64,000 nucleotides of DNA from Dimorphilus gyrociliatus (Eukaryota > Animalia > Annelida): contig CAJFCJ010000004.1 in assembly GCA_904063045.1 (NCBI GenBank), positions 2,039,713 through 2,103,712 of the forward strand. Direction: 5' to 3'. Under the pieces are notes generated by a model. That model had not been told where the DNA came from. It searched no databases and saw only the letters and a program-made list of their open reading frames with translations. Position numbers and translations under genes: made by a program. This document shows positions 52,821-64,000 of this stretch, piece by piece (the stretch's first letter is position 1; each line of letters starts with the position of its first letter).

Positions 52821-52835
52821 AGCGCCACCTAGTAA
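52821..52835 (-). promoter_or_regulatory. CTCF-like motif
   Basis: AGCGCCACCTAGTAA (reverse TTACTAGGTGGCGCT), between the transposon and the orphan GPCR ATG. Confidence 0.45.
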
Positions 52836-52874
52836 AAGTTTTATCACTATATAGACTTTATTTCGAATAAGGCA

Positions 52875-53801
52875 ATGTCGGCGAACGAATCCTCAACCGT
52901 CTCTACATATTACGCTTTAGAAATTGACTACGTACCTATTGTTATCAACTCTATAATTTGTATATCTTCATTTTCTATCAACATTCTGCTACTTCATATG
53001 GTCATCAAAAAGTGTGAAAATAAGCCAATATCTTCTTTACTAATATCTTCAATTTGTATTACGCACATAATAATATCAGTTACTGTCGTTCCGACTGGTC
53101 TAATAGCCAGCTATTCTGTTGAATTTACGGTGCTGATTTGTAAAATTCATAAATTCTCTCAATCATGGTCAACTTTATCATCAATATATATTATCTTGTT
53201 GCTCTCTATTTATGCTACTTCTGTGAATTTTCATGGACGAGTTACTTTTTTTCTGTCATTTGTTTGCTTTTTTGCAGCTTCATACTCAATTTGGCAAGTT
53301 TTTTTATATAATCCGTCGACAGTTCATTATACCTACAAGATGAAAAATAGGACTAGTCTCATATGTTTCAGAAACGATGAATTAGAAAATATGCATATGG
53401 GTTTCATTGCTCCTGATGTGATTATATATTTCCTGATTCCATTTGCCACAGTTTTATTGAGGATTAGAAAACGTCAAACGGTGGAGAGGAAGAATCCTGA
53501 GTGGAATTTATCACTCTACTTGGCCATCTTATATTTTATCATTCACTTTCCAATGGAATTTTATTTAAGATATATTTTCATCACAAGAGAAGAAAACCAT
53601 TATTTAACCTTTTTTCCAATTTTACAAACTCTTGTTAATTGTAACGGACTAGGTAACGCTCTCGTTATTGTCCTTCAATTTAAGAAGGTTAGAAATTCGT
53701 TTTGTTGTAAACAAACCCAAGATTACGATAGTCATCAAATAACTATGGGAAGTTTACATGTATTTGTAAATGAAAATACTATTGGTGCTGAAGATGTCTA
53801 G
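52875..53801 (+). CDS. Divergent orphan 7TM receptor (class A-like), intronless
   Basis: Seven hydrophobic segments, TM1 Asn (FSIN), TM3 Cys (LICKI), ECL2 Cys (LICF), TM5 and TM6 Pro. No DRY or NPxxY. Confidence 0.75.
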   Translation: MSANESSTVSTYYALEIDYVPIVINSIICISSFSINILLLHMVIKKCENKPISSLLISSICITHIIISVTVVPTGLIASYSVEFTVLICKIHKFSQSWSTLSSIYIILLLSIYATSVNFHGRVTFFLSFVCFFAASYSIWQVFLYNPSTVHYTYKMKNRTSLICFRNDELENMHMGFIAPDVIIYFLIPFATVLLRIRKRQTVERKNPEWNLSLYLAILYFIIHFPMEFYLRYIFITREENHYLTFFPILQTLVNCNGLGNALVIVLQFKKVRNSFCCKQTQDYDSHQITMGSLHVFVNENTIGAEDV

Positions 53802-56800
53802 TATTAGTATTATTTTTACAATTAAACGTTATTTTTTAGCATTATTCCTATACATTTTAAATGTAATTTACGATAAATAAGAAAGAATACTAAGAACAAT
53901 ATTAAAACAAACAGGAAGAAGAGTTAATAAATCGTTTATTTATTTTTTTCTTTTTTTTTTATTGAATACAACTTTCATACAACCTTTTTTATTTTATTAA
54001 TAGTTCCTTTCTCTCTCTCTCCTTTCTATTTATTTGTTAAAACTCTTGAAAAATTAGTATATAGATAAATTGGAAGTAGTTTCTATATTCTCTACGTAGA
54101 CACCCATAGATATATATATATATTTGTTAATGAATGGGTAATAAGTGAATTAATTGCCCTTTTTAATATATTAAGAAGACAGCGTTGAATGGAAATAAAA
54201 GAAAAGAAAGAAAGGAAGGGCGAACATGCAAAAGAAAATATTAAAAGAACGAAAGAATGTCACATTTTTCTTTTATTTCTTTTTTATTATAGAAAAAAAA
54301 ATTTTCTTTTTTAATTCAAAATCAAAGAAAATTATTGTTTAAGGAATTCTGCACGTTTAAAACGAAAATTTCGAGAAAAATTTTATTATATTGCCATATA
54401 TATTTATTAGGTTGTGATTAATATTTGACAATGGATCAAGGTAAAGTATGAATAATGTAGAAAAAAAATTTATTTATCGTTTCTCTATTGTTTGATCTTA
54501 ATTTGCTTTTGTTGTTTTTTCCTTTATAGGTCATCTTTTTAGTACTACTATTAAAACATGAAAAAATGCTTAACTTACCTGTTATTCGTGTTTAGATAAA
54601 CACAAATTTTTATGCTAGTCGATTTATTTAATATTTATAACTCTTCATTTAGAGGAGAGATGAACAGAGAAATAGTTCATTAGTAACGACAATCGTTTAC
54701 TCTTTAAATGATGGAAAGAAGAAATTTAAGTTCAAACTATGTTGTCAAACTCTAGTTTGTTGATCGTGGTATGATGAACAAATCCTAGAATGTGGTGAAG
54801 AAGCGGATACCAAAGAAGTGCCCATAAATCTAAATATTAAGTAAATGGACGAAAAAATATAATTATACCTGGTAATATACAGAAAATAAGGGATACTAAA
54901 GGCTACATTAGTAGACGACTATTATCATGAATTAATAACAGATGTATTCTTCCGATTTAAAGAACCATCGAAGGCTTTATGTTTTCTTTTTTGACAGTCA
55001 CATTTTTTCAAAGAGAAACGCATTGAAGGCGAAAAGAAAGGAAAATTTTCTTATGTTAACTTTTTTCTCATTTACCTGATGGAAAATATATATGTGTAAA
55101 TAAAACTAGATAAACGATATTTTCTCTATTCAATTGTATCTATCTTACGAAATTCTCTTCTTGTTTATTTATAAAAATTCAAGATAGTCTTGTTACTAAT
55201 TACAAAAAATAACTTAATTATTTGACGGTCTATCAAAGGGCAGTATAAATTTCAATGATAAATTCATAATTTCTATCATTTATTTTCATAATATAATAAT
55301 TTTTAGGTCGAATTAAAAAATATAAACAATTTATCTCCGTAAATGTTAATTTATTCAATTATTAACTAAATTATTAGAGATAGGTAAACTCTGTTATTAA
55401 TAATACCTATCCTCTTCTGCTTATAGTTAGTGAGAAAAGTTTTCTCACGTTCGCATGAAAACGACAGAAGTAATTAAATACAGAATGATGTAAAGCTTCT
55501 TTTTGTATATTTTTTACGAATAATAAATCATTTAGAGAAATAGGATGAAAATTTTACAGCGCATCACTTGGTAATTTATTCCATTCCGTTGCTATTTCCT
55601 CTTGTTGCTATATCCTTTAATGAGTTAAAAAAAGAAACTAGTTGACAGGTATAAAAAGGACTTTAAATAAAGAAAATGAAAGGGAAAATGCTAGTTCATC
55701 TGTCAAGTTGAAACGATTATATCTAGCATACTTAGATCTAGATTTTATACAAATTTTAATGTTTATTCCGCGTTTATTTTCGTTTATTACATATGTATAT
55801 ACTGTACTTTAACGTTATTTTCTAGGACAAAATAATCTTCCGAGCAGAAGTCTATTATATTTTATTCCATAAACGACACTATACACGTTAAAAAACAATT
55901 TTTTTGTTTTTCTAATGTACTTAACACTAGCAAATCTTAATATGGCATTTTACCTTTTGAATATGTATTATATTTTCCGAAGCATATGAAGTTTATCATC
56001 AGAAGCATTTTTTATTTCGATTGAGTGTACTTCTTTTCATGTCTGTTAATCAGTTGATTCTTATGATAATTTTCAACTTTAAAGTCGGATGGAGAAAAAA
56101 TAATATAACCCGTCTATGAAATATTAGAAAGATAAAAGTTTAATAATAAAAACTGGGCACTGAAATATAAAACTTAATTGTCTCTTAATTACAGTCTGTT
56201 CTCTTCTTTCAATTTTATATCATTAAAAACATTAAAATATAAAAAGAAATATCAACAAGTATAATGTTTTTTTTTATTGTTATCTTTAATAAGTTGGTTT
56301 AATATACCTAGGAAGTCTTTATTCTATCATATGTTTAATATTAGTGATACGTTCACTGATATTTGCTGTTACTTTATTTAAGAAAGAGGGACAATTTTGT
56401 CTAGTGTCATGTAATTTGAAACTGGTAAAATACTATTGCCTCTGCCTGGTGAACATAAAACTTTCGATTTTTTAACAAGAAATAAACTTTAACATATAAA
56501 AAAACAATCGCGATTTACTGATACAAAAGACTGAATTAATATCCGTATATGTTTAAAAATATACAAAAGGTTAGCATCAATACTCGTTCTTGTCTTTATT
56601 TAAATAAGAAGTCATATTACTTTAAAGGGAAGAAATAAGTACAAGATTTTCACTTTCGAGCAAAGCAAATATTGTAGTTAATTGTTGAATAGAGGCAAGT
56701 ATTCTCCTCAGGTCTGTCCTCATTAGGTAACATATATTGAAGAATATGGTTTACACTGACCCTTCATAAAAGAAAGAGAGGTAATTTCCAAAGGGATATC

Positions 56801-57789
56801 CAAATAAATGTGGGGAGGAACGATAGATAAAAAAAGTTCATTAAAGTACACAAGTCATTATTAAACAGAGCTCTGTACCGAACTGAATGAATGACTCTAA
56901 ATTATAGCTTTAATAAAGAAAACGTTATTGGCAATTACTGGCTCTTTTTGCTAATGAATATGGTATGAAAAAAAAGACAAGATTTTGGAGAAATAGTTTC
57001 CGTGTCAATGAAGGTAAGAATATGTTGTAGATCATAGATAAAATTAGACAAAACTCCTTGATAAATAGTTTATCATCAGAGTAACCATGATTGCCCCTAA
57101 AAGTAACAAGATATAATATAAAACATTTCATTGTATCTATATAGATTATGACATATATTAGTTTATACAGCATACATTAATTTAGTATTTGTTAAAAACC
57201 AGCAATATAGTTGTGCATATTGGAAATATAGTGATATATGCAGTTTGGAATATTTACAAAAAGGATTTATATGCAGAGAATTAATTCTTTTTTCTTTTTA
57301 TCCTTGGTAAATTAAGTCTTTAATGAGTTCGCTTCAGGAACAAATGATTACGTTATGCGCATAAATGTTTTAGGTTAATTGTCTGTATATGTTAAACTTA
57401 GTCATTATTATCTCTTACTGATCTTTACTTAAGCAGACTGAGAACAATATATCAAATAGTAATTAAATTAGTAGTAAGCCTTCTTAACTTTTTGAGTAAG
57501 TAACTGTATTCTCTTGTATCTCTTTTTATCTGTCGTGATGGTTAATACATAATATTGTACAAGAATTAAAGGAGGGAGAGTGAAAGACTATTAGCCATCT
57601 TTTAAAGGTTTTAGGAGATGGAAAAGAGCAAAGGTAAGTAGAAAATCTGTATTTTCTTTTTATTTTACTTAAAATTACTTTAAAATAAGAAAATTTCTAC
57701 GTGTGTTATTAATATACAGATTGAAATTGTTACGACTTATACTATTAGTTGTCTATCTATACATTTCTCATTGTTTGCTTACTTGTCTT

Positions 57790-57880
57790 TCTCTCTCTCT
57801 CTCTCTCTCTCTCCGCTCACTCACTCACTCACTCACTCACTCACTCAATCACTCACTCATCCACCCACCCTCCCACTCAC
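57790..57880. repeat. Compound (CT)n-(CACT)n microsatellite
   Basis: CT run at 57790-57813 followed by CACT units. Confidence 0.9.
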
Positions 57881-58945
57881 TCGCTCAGTCTCTAGTTACA
57901 CAAAATAAAGACAAGAAATTTAGAATGAAAAACCGATATATTAAATCAATTACTTTTAAATAATATATCTAAAAGAAACAAACTGTGTTTTATTCGAATA
58001 ATACGTATCTTATTCAACATATTTCTATGCTGACAGATCACAAGACGGTACAAGAATTACTTTACATTATTTGCTTACTTGTTCCTTTTTTCTACGATAT
58101 TCTCTGCTTCTTTTCTTTTACTTTGTCACTTTATCTCACAGATTAATACCTTCCTGTTATACTATTAATACCTTTGAATTCGTATTTGATTTAGAAAATA
58201 ATTAAAGGTATTTTTCTATATTTAATTTAATAATTATATAAATCGTATATCTATCTTCTTAAAAAAATAAAAAAAGCTAAATAACAATTATAATTGAGGA
58301 CAAACTTGTTTTCTTTATTTACATTCTCTACGTTTGTCTATTATTATGTTATTCTTAATTGTGTCATTGCATTTTATGAAGCTGTTTCGTGTATGTTTTG
58401 AAATGATAGTTAATAGAAAGACATAAAAATCAGCTTAATAGACAACAATAGAATAAATTTGATACATTTCCCATCTCTTGTTTACTACGAATCGCTATTC
58501 ACATAATCGTTTTACTACAAAATTACACTACAGATGGCAGTTAATAAAATAGAATTGATTCATAATATTGAGTTTGAAGAATTTTTCTTTTAACATGTCA
58601 AAAATAGCCCAAATTCACGAATATTATCCTTTAACGCTAATAGACTTCTTAATGAATTATAAACAATTAAGCATAATTATAAGTTTATAATAGTAGGTAA
58701 TTTCATGTTGCTGGTAAATTTTCTTCAGATTGCGGCCGAAATTTTCCTATTAGTAGAAATGAAAAACCTAATTTTTATAGGTATTATTACAAATTTTATG
58801 ATTGAATATCACGTCTTAACGAGTTGAGGGAAAATCATGAAATTTTCCTTGAAAAGGGTAAATATCTTTTTAAATTTATAAATGAATGTACTTCTTTTAT
58901 GTAAAACTTTATTGTCTCTTTTAGCTCGTCATTTATTTATACTGA

Positions 58946-59958
58946 ATGAGAAAATGTATTACAGTTCAAAGTTCAAGTTTACATATTACTGATATCGATG
59001 ATTTTGAAAAAGTAAATTTGAAAAATGTTAATAGCTCTATATTTAAAATGGATACAAAACATCAAATTATAACTATATCTAATAATAAATGTTTGGATTT
59101 GATCGGTCATCTTCCTTATTCTCCTCCATTACCAAAATTACAAACACATTACATATGTGAAGAAAAATCTTTGTATCGTACAACTGACCAATTGTGGAGA
59201 CCTGAAAGTTTACCATCTCATCGATTCAGTCTCATTTTTTTCCTAATTTACTACAGAGTAATCTGTTTGTATTAAATACTTACTTTATAAATACTTCTCT
59301 TTAATCGCATACAACTCTAACTTATGTAATGTTTTAACTGCGACGAATGATATAAAACTCTCTTATCAAAGTATTCCTGAACTAGATGAATTTTGGTCTC
59401 TCAGGTCCGTTTGCTTAGGTCAATCATTACAAATTGGTACCTTTTTTATTGCTTTATCACTTCCATTTTAATTTGTTTAACAGTGAACAATAATAACAGG
59501 CATTTTTTGGATCCTTTACATAGTAAAATTTTACAACAAGCTTTCATTCATTAACTTTTTTTCAGAATATATTCTAGCTGAGAGCAGTGCTATTACTAAT
59601 AAAGATAAATTAGTTGATGGTAGTTCATCAACTTGCCTGAATATACTTAATGAAGAAACGGTCACGGTTTTTTCTATACGTCTTGGTTATAATCTAATTT
59701 CCAATTAGACTCAGAATGGAATAGCGAAATGAACCGGTCAGAGAAAATATTCATTTCAACAGAAGTTAAAGAAGACAGTTCATATCATGAATTAAAATTA
59801 TGTACACAGATTAATAAAGTTTATTGAGTTCTATCTGTTCTTGGATTTGTTCATATGTAATAGAACAAATGTTAATTGGAGTATGCATGACTGTTATATT
59901 ACACATTTGGCCTGAGCCAAGCGACAATTTACAATTATGTGAATTAATTTTGAAATAA
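58946..59958 (+). pseudogene. Decayed lectin-like gene (galactose-binding/F5-8/F-type-like last exon)
   Basis: After the TTTTTTTCAG acceptor at 59565 the frame reads KDKLVDGSSSTC, then a stop at 59706 and two frame changes, ending HIWPEPSDNLQLCEL at 59958. The upstream ORF has NNKCLDL...HYICE. Confidence 0.45.
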
Positions 59959-61132
59959 GGAAAGATAACAGATAAACAATGATGAAATATAATCTGAGCA
60001 TCTGAAATAGTACTATTACTTGATCGATCTTTAAACTCTTTTTCCCTTATGAATAGCTATTGAACAAGATATAGTTACTAGTCATTTAATAGTAAATAGA
60101 TTTAAACATTAATTGTTAATATAGTTAGAATGAGGTGATATAAGGGTATTCTTTTATATTTACAAGTTATTGAATTATTAATCAAGTGTAATTAGTATTG
60201 TCCAGATAAGTAATGAACTTTGAAAGCGTATTTAAATAAACCTTAGATACATATTTACAATTAGCATTTTCATTATCTTATTTCTTTTTATTACAAAGAA
60301 AGGAGTCTACTGTCTTTCTTTTGCCATTTTGAATAGAAGAATAGAAGAGACTTTAAATAATCTTGAAATATAATCTACTAGCACAAAGTGCCACATTTTG
60401 ATCTATAAGTTCTTTAAACAAAACTGCCCTCTACTCTATTAAGTTATATATAAGGTATTGAACTAGTTAACAATCATAAATGGAGTTTGTAAGAGCTTTG
60501 GTACTAATTTTCATTTTATTATTTAGCATACAGATACATTCTTTAAAATTTTAAATAGATTAAGCACACTAATCTTTCTCTCTGTCTAAATTTTCTCAAA
60601 TTAACATCCATTAGTTAATAAAAAAGAATGAGCCTAAATCCATATTCTCTATAGATATAAAAGAATTGCTTAAATTTTACTAAGCTTTTAAGGTAATAGT
60701 ACAAATATTTTATTATAGATTTAAATGATATTGAAAAGAAAAACTATAACTAATTGATACAATCAAACTTTTTCTTTCTCTTTTTACCGTCATGTAACAT
60801 TAAGTTGATAAGAAAGAAGTATTTTAATGAGGAAATCTTCTTTAGACAGCTATTGATTTTTCAAATATTATATATTGACTATTATATAGAATCAATAGTT
60901 TCTTTTACTTCTTAATTATATTCTAAACGTTATTAATTAAAATAATAACTAACAAACCTATGATAATTAGTTAATTATTAATATTTGTTATAATTTTAAA
61001 GTTATTACAATAAATGTTGATTATACATATTACATTTACTTAGGAATTTGATTTCGGTTAGTTAAAGCAGTCTGTATAAAATGATTTTATACTAGAAAAT
61101 AAATACTAAAGCTAGGAATATAAATCCCTAAT

Positions 61133-61948
61133 TCACATAGAAAGTTTACTGAGTTCATTCAAAAAATGAATTACAAAGAATAACGAAATCAAACACAGCC
61201 GTGGATAACAAACAGCCAAAGAGGAATTTGTCTCTTTGCCAAAAGCATATTCTTCACGTGAGCAATTATGGAATTTTGTTTTTAGACCGTAGTCATAAAT
61301 CTTGCATAAGTCCTTACAACAACAGTTAAAAAATATTTCTGAGTAACCGTATGGTCCTGGACCTTTTGTTCTTGATTGTCGGCATAAATGAGAATGCTTA
61401 CAACCCATCTTATAAGTAATAATTGCTGGCCTTGGATCATTGTGAAATGATTTTGTTTCAGATCTTTCCGAAAAACAATAATGATTCGTACGGCAAATTT
61501 TGGTATTTAAATAGCAATCTTCTGCAATGAAAAAATCATTTGTTTTAAAATTTAATCAAGGAAGAGAGAAAGAGTAGGATACTATATTTCTATAAGTAAT
61601 CACATAGAATGATGAACTTTTCAGATTCGATGAAAATATATAGAAAGTGGACTTTTGATCAAGATAAAACAGATTAAGTACTATGGTAATTTTGTCAATT
61701 GATAATTAATTATCGTATTATATAATAATGATCTAAAAGTCTTGACTCTTCAGTATTATTTCTTGTTTAAGGAAATAAGTTAAAAGAACAGGAAGGAAGA
61801 TAATATTTTAACTATTAAGTTTAATAAAAGTACTTTATATACATATCGACTTACTTATATTCTCGGCATGGTGACAACTATAACACTCCAAAGTGTCGAC
61901 ATTTCGAGTAAGAAAGAGAGGGAACAAAATCGAAGTGATCAGCTTCAT
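61133..61948 (-). CDS. Ly6/uPAR (three-finger) family protein, probably GPI-anchored, 160 aa, two coding exons
   Basis: Exon 61948-61855 (signal peptide, LECYSC; A|GTAAGT, phase 1) joins exon 61521-61133 (DC..C..C..MGC..C..CCCKDLC, hydrophobic C-terminus). Confidence 0.88.
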
Positions 61949-63624
61949 ATCGGAGGTTTAAGTGGCGCCTGTCAAGCACAAAAAGTGCTAACACTCGATT
62001 GATTATCGCAGCAGAAGAACGCCTGCTGGATGTTGGGTTAAATAATAGTAATCCATTGAATAATTTTCATCCTTAATTACAATAATCGATATGTAAGAAG
62101 AAACGTCGGGTTTCTATTAGATTCTTCTTAATTAGATAGTATTTAACTTCCTCTTAAGAATTTTAATTTCATTGAGTAGTAAGCCCTTTTTTTTCTGATT
62201 TTGCATTCACCTCAAAATTTTTATTTATTAATTTCTCTTTTACGTTTTCTTTATTTTAGGTCTCAAGTGAAATTAAATTAATCATAATGAAATGAACGAA
62301 TATAAAAATGTTAAACCTTAATAATGTCTCTTATCGCTGTTATATTTATTTAATATGTATTTTTTTTTTAAAAAAAATAATTTTTATAATATTTAAAGTG
62401 TACTTTGATTTCTACAACAGTATATTAAAGGAATTCCTTATTTTTTTGCCTCTTCTTTTAATGATTAACTTTGAGAAATTTTAAAAGATTTACTATTAAA
62501 TGGTAAAGTATGTTAGCTATTTAAAATCTAATCTGATAGGTGAAGGATATTCCTAAGAAAAGGAAAAACAACTTTTTCCTAAAGGAAAAGATCTTGTAAC
62601 TATATACATAAAAAGAAGAAGAAAATACTATATAAATAAGTATCTAACGGTAGAGAATTTACAATAATTTATCTATAAATTGATAGTAGATTTACTGAAT
62701 AGTAGCAACATTTGATACCGTTTGCTTTGCTGTAATCGAATAAGACTAATTAATTAAATCAAGGGTATGTCTTTACAGAATCTTGTAGAATCAGATTCCG
62801 ATAATCAATAGGTTTAGAAATTATTTACTGGCTTCTCTATGCTTTAATACAATTATTAGTTCATACGCTTATATAAACAGTTATAGGCTGTAATGATAAA
62901 AATTCGAACATATTCATCTAACGTTAGTTACTCTTCACTGAATCCAATCGCTCCTCTGATAGATTTTTCCGAAATGATATTTATTACTTAATTGATTTTT
63001 TGTTTCGTGATAATGCCTAAAACCTCCACACTTGTAAAATGTGTACATTGTGTCTTAAATGTTTTGTGTTTCGTGTTGTTTTATTTGAATAATAAGAAAG
63101 AATGAACTTATTTTATACTATTTGTCAAGTATGATAAAAACCTATTTTTATTTGAGAGATGTACTTTATAAAAAGGAAAGAAAGTTTTTTCCTCTTTTCA
63201 TTCATCTCTCTTCTCACCTCTTTCTTCAAGGGGTTTGTTATAATCGAAGAATGGCTTGCCAGCCTCCTTTATAATTTTGTGGCAGATATTACTGAAAGGA
63301 GTATGTCAGTGGCACACCAGATAAAACAGTAAAAATAAACTAAACACTTTTGTAACCATAAGATGAGCCTTATTTTATATATTAGTTCCAAATGATATGT
63401 CATCTTTAAAAGCCTTTCCTTTCTTCATATTTAATTAATTAGTAAATTTTACAAAACTGGCTAAATATAACGTAATATATGTATAATGTATAAATTTATA
63501 CTTGTAGATATACATACACACATATTATAACTATGAATATCTTTGTATGATATATTTTATATAAAATTTTGCTTGTAGGGAAATATATTGACTCTAAACA
63601 TCGCTTATACTGTGTCTAAAGTAA

Positions 63625-63810
63625 GAAGAGGAGGCAAAGCGGGTGGTAATTGTGCAATCAGTTAAAAACTTTGTACATTCAGATAAAGGTAAAGAAACAT
63701 ATTTTTGTTTCATAAGTTCTAAAAAAGGATATAAAGACTTTTTGTTAAGGGCAAATGACAAAGAAAGGTGCAGCCAGCTTATTACTTTTGTTAAAAACAC
63801 TATGAATTAA
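63625..63810 (+). pseudogene. Possible PH-domain-like fragment
   Basis: EEEAKRVVIVQSVK..ETYFCFISSKKGYKDFLLRANDKERCSQLITFV resembles the C-terminal half of a PH domain. Upstream frame is broken and the usual Trp is absent. Confidence 0.25.
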
Positions 63811-64000
63811 ACTGTGCAATTATTAGACTGAGGTGTTTTATGTACAGAAATCCAACTATAAAGAAGTGATAGATGAACAATGATAGACAAAGAAATTGTA
63901 TAAGAAATTGTCACAGAAGGGTAGTCTTGCACTAAAATTAGTTTAACATTAAATATGACAATTAGTAACTTTCTAAAAGATCAAGAAAATTATGGAATGT

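Noticed and set aside
3060-57963. Many 60-90 aa ORFs (e.g. 3060, 9497, 15670, 19509, 36418, 49904, 57703)
   Set aside because: Translations of TA/CT/GA microsatellites or AT-rich DNA, with low-complexity Y/I/L/F composition and no splice support.
1-64000. CRISPR array, rRNA, tRNA or bacterial defence system
   Set aside because: No repeat-spacer periodicity or structural-RNA signatures seen; the DNA has spliceosomal introns and animal genes.

Overview
Very AT-rich animal (probably invertebrate protostome) genomic DNA with short introns (about 55-120 nt) and many (TA)n/(GA)n microsatellites. I saw no rRNA, tRNA, CRISPR or prokaryotic operon signal. Supported genes: a RING-finger gene running off the left edge, a sex-peptide/MIP receptor GPCR, an FkbM/Star-like membrane protein, neurensin (3 coding exons), an SLC16/MCT transporter, a 6-exon type I membrane glycoprotein, an internally deleted Tc1/mariner element, a divergent orphan 7TM receptor, a decayed lectin-like gene and a 2-exon Ly6/uPAR gene. 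The main unexpected structure, invisible in the ORF track, is a plus-strand gene at about 28.7-44.2 kb. About ten separate ATG-initiated mini-exons all end at GT donors in phase 2, matching the single phase-2 acceptor (43434) of a three-exon constant region. This suggests a variable-first-exon/constant-exon architecture, with neurensin and the MCT gene nested antisense inside its introns. Two variable exons are clear paralogues. About 40 TACAGTA/TACTGTA heptamers, the Tc1-type excision footprint, also occur, many within TA repeats. All splice models were read by eye and need RNA evidence.
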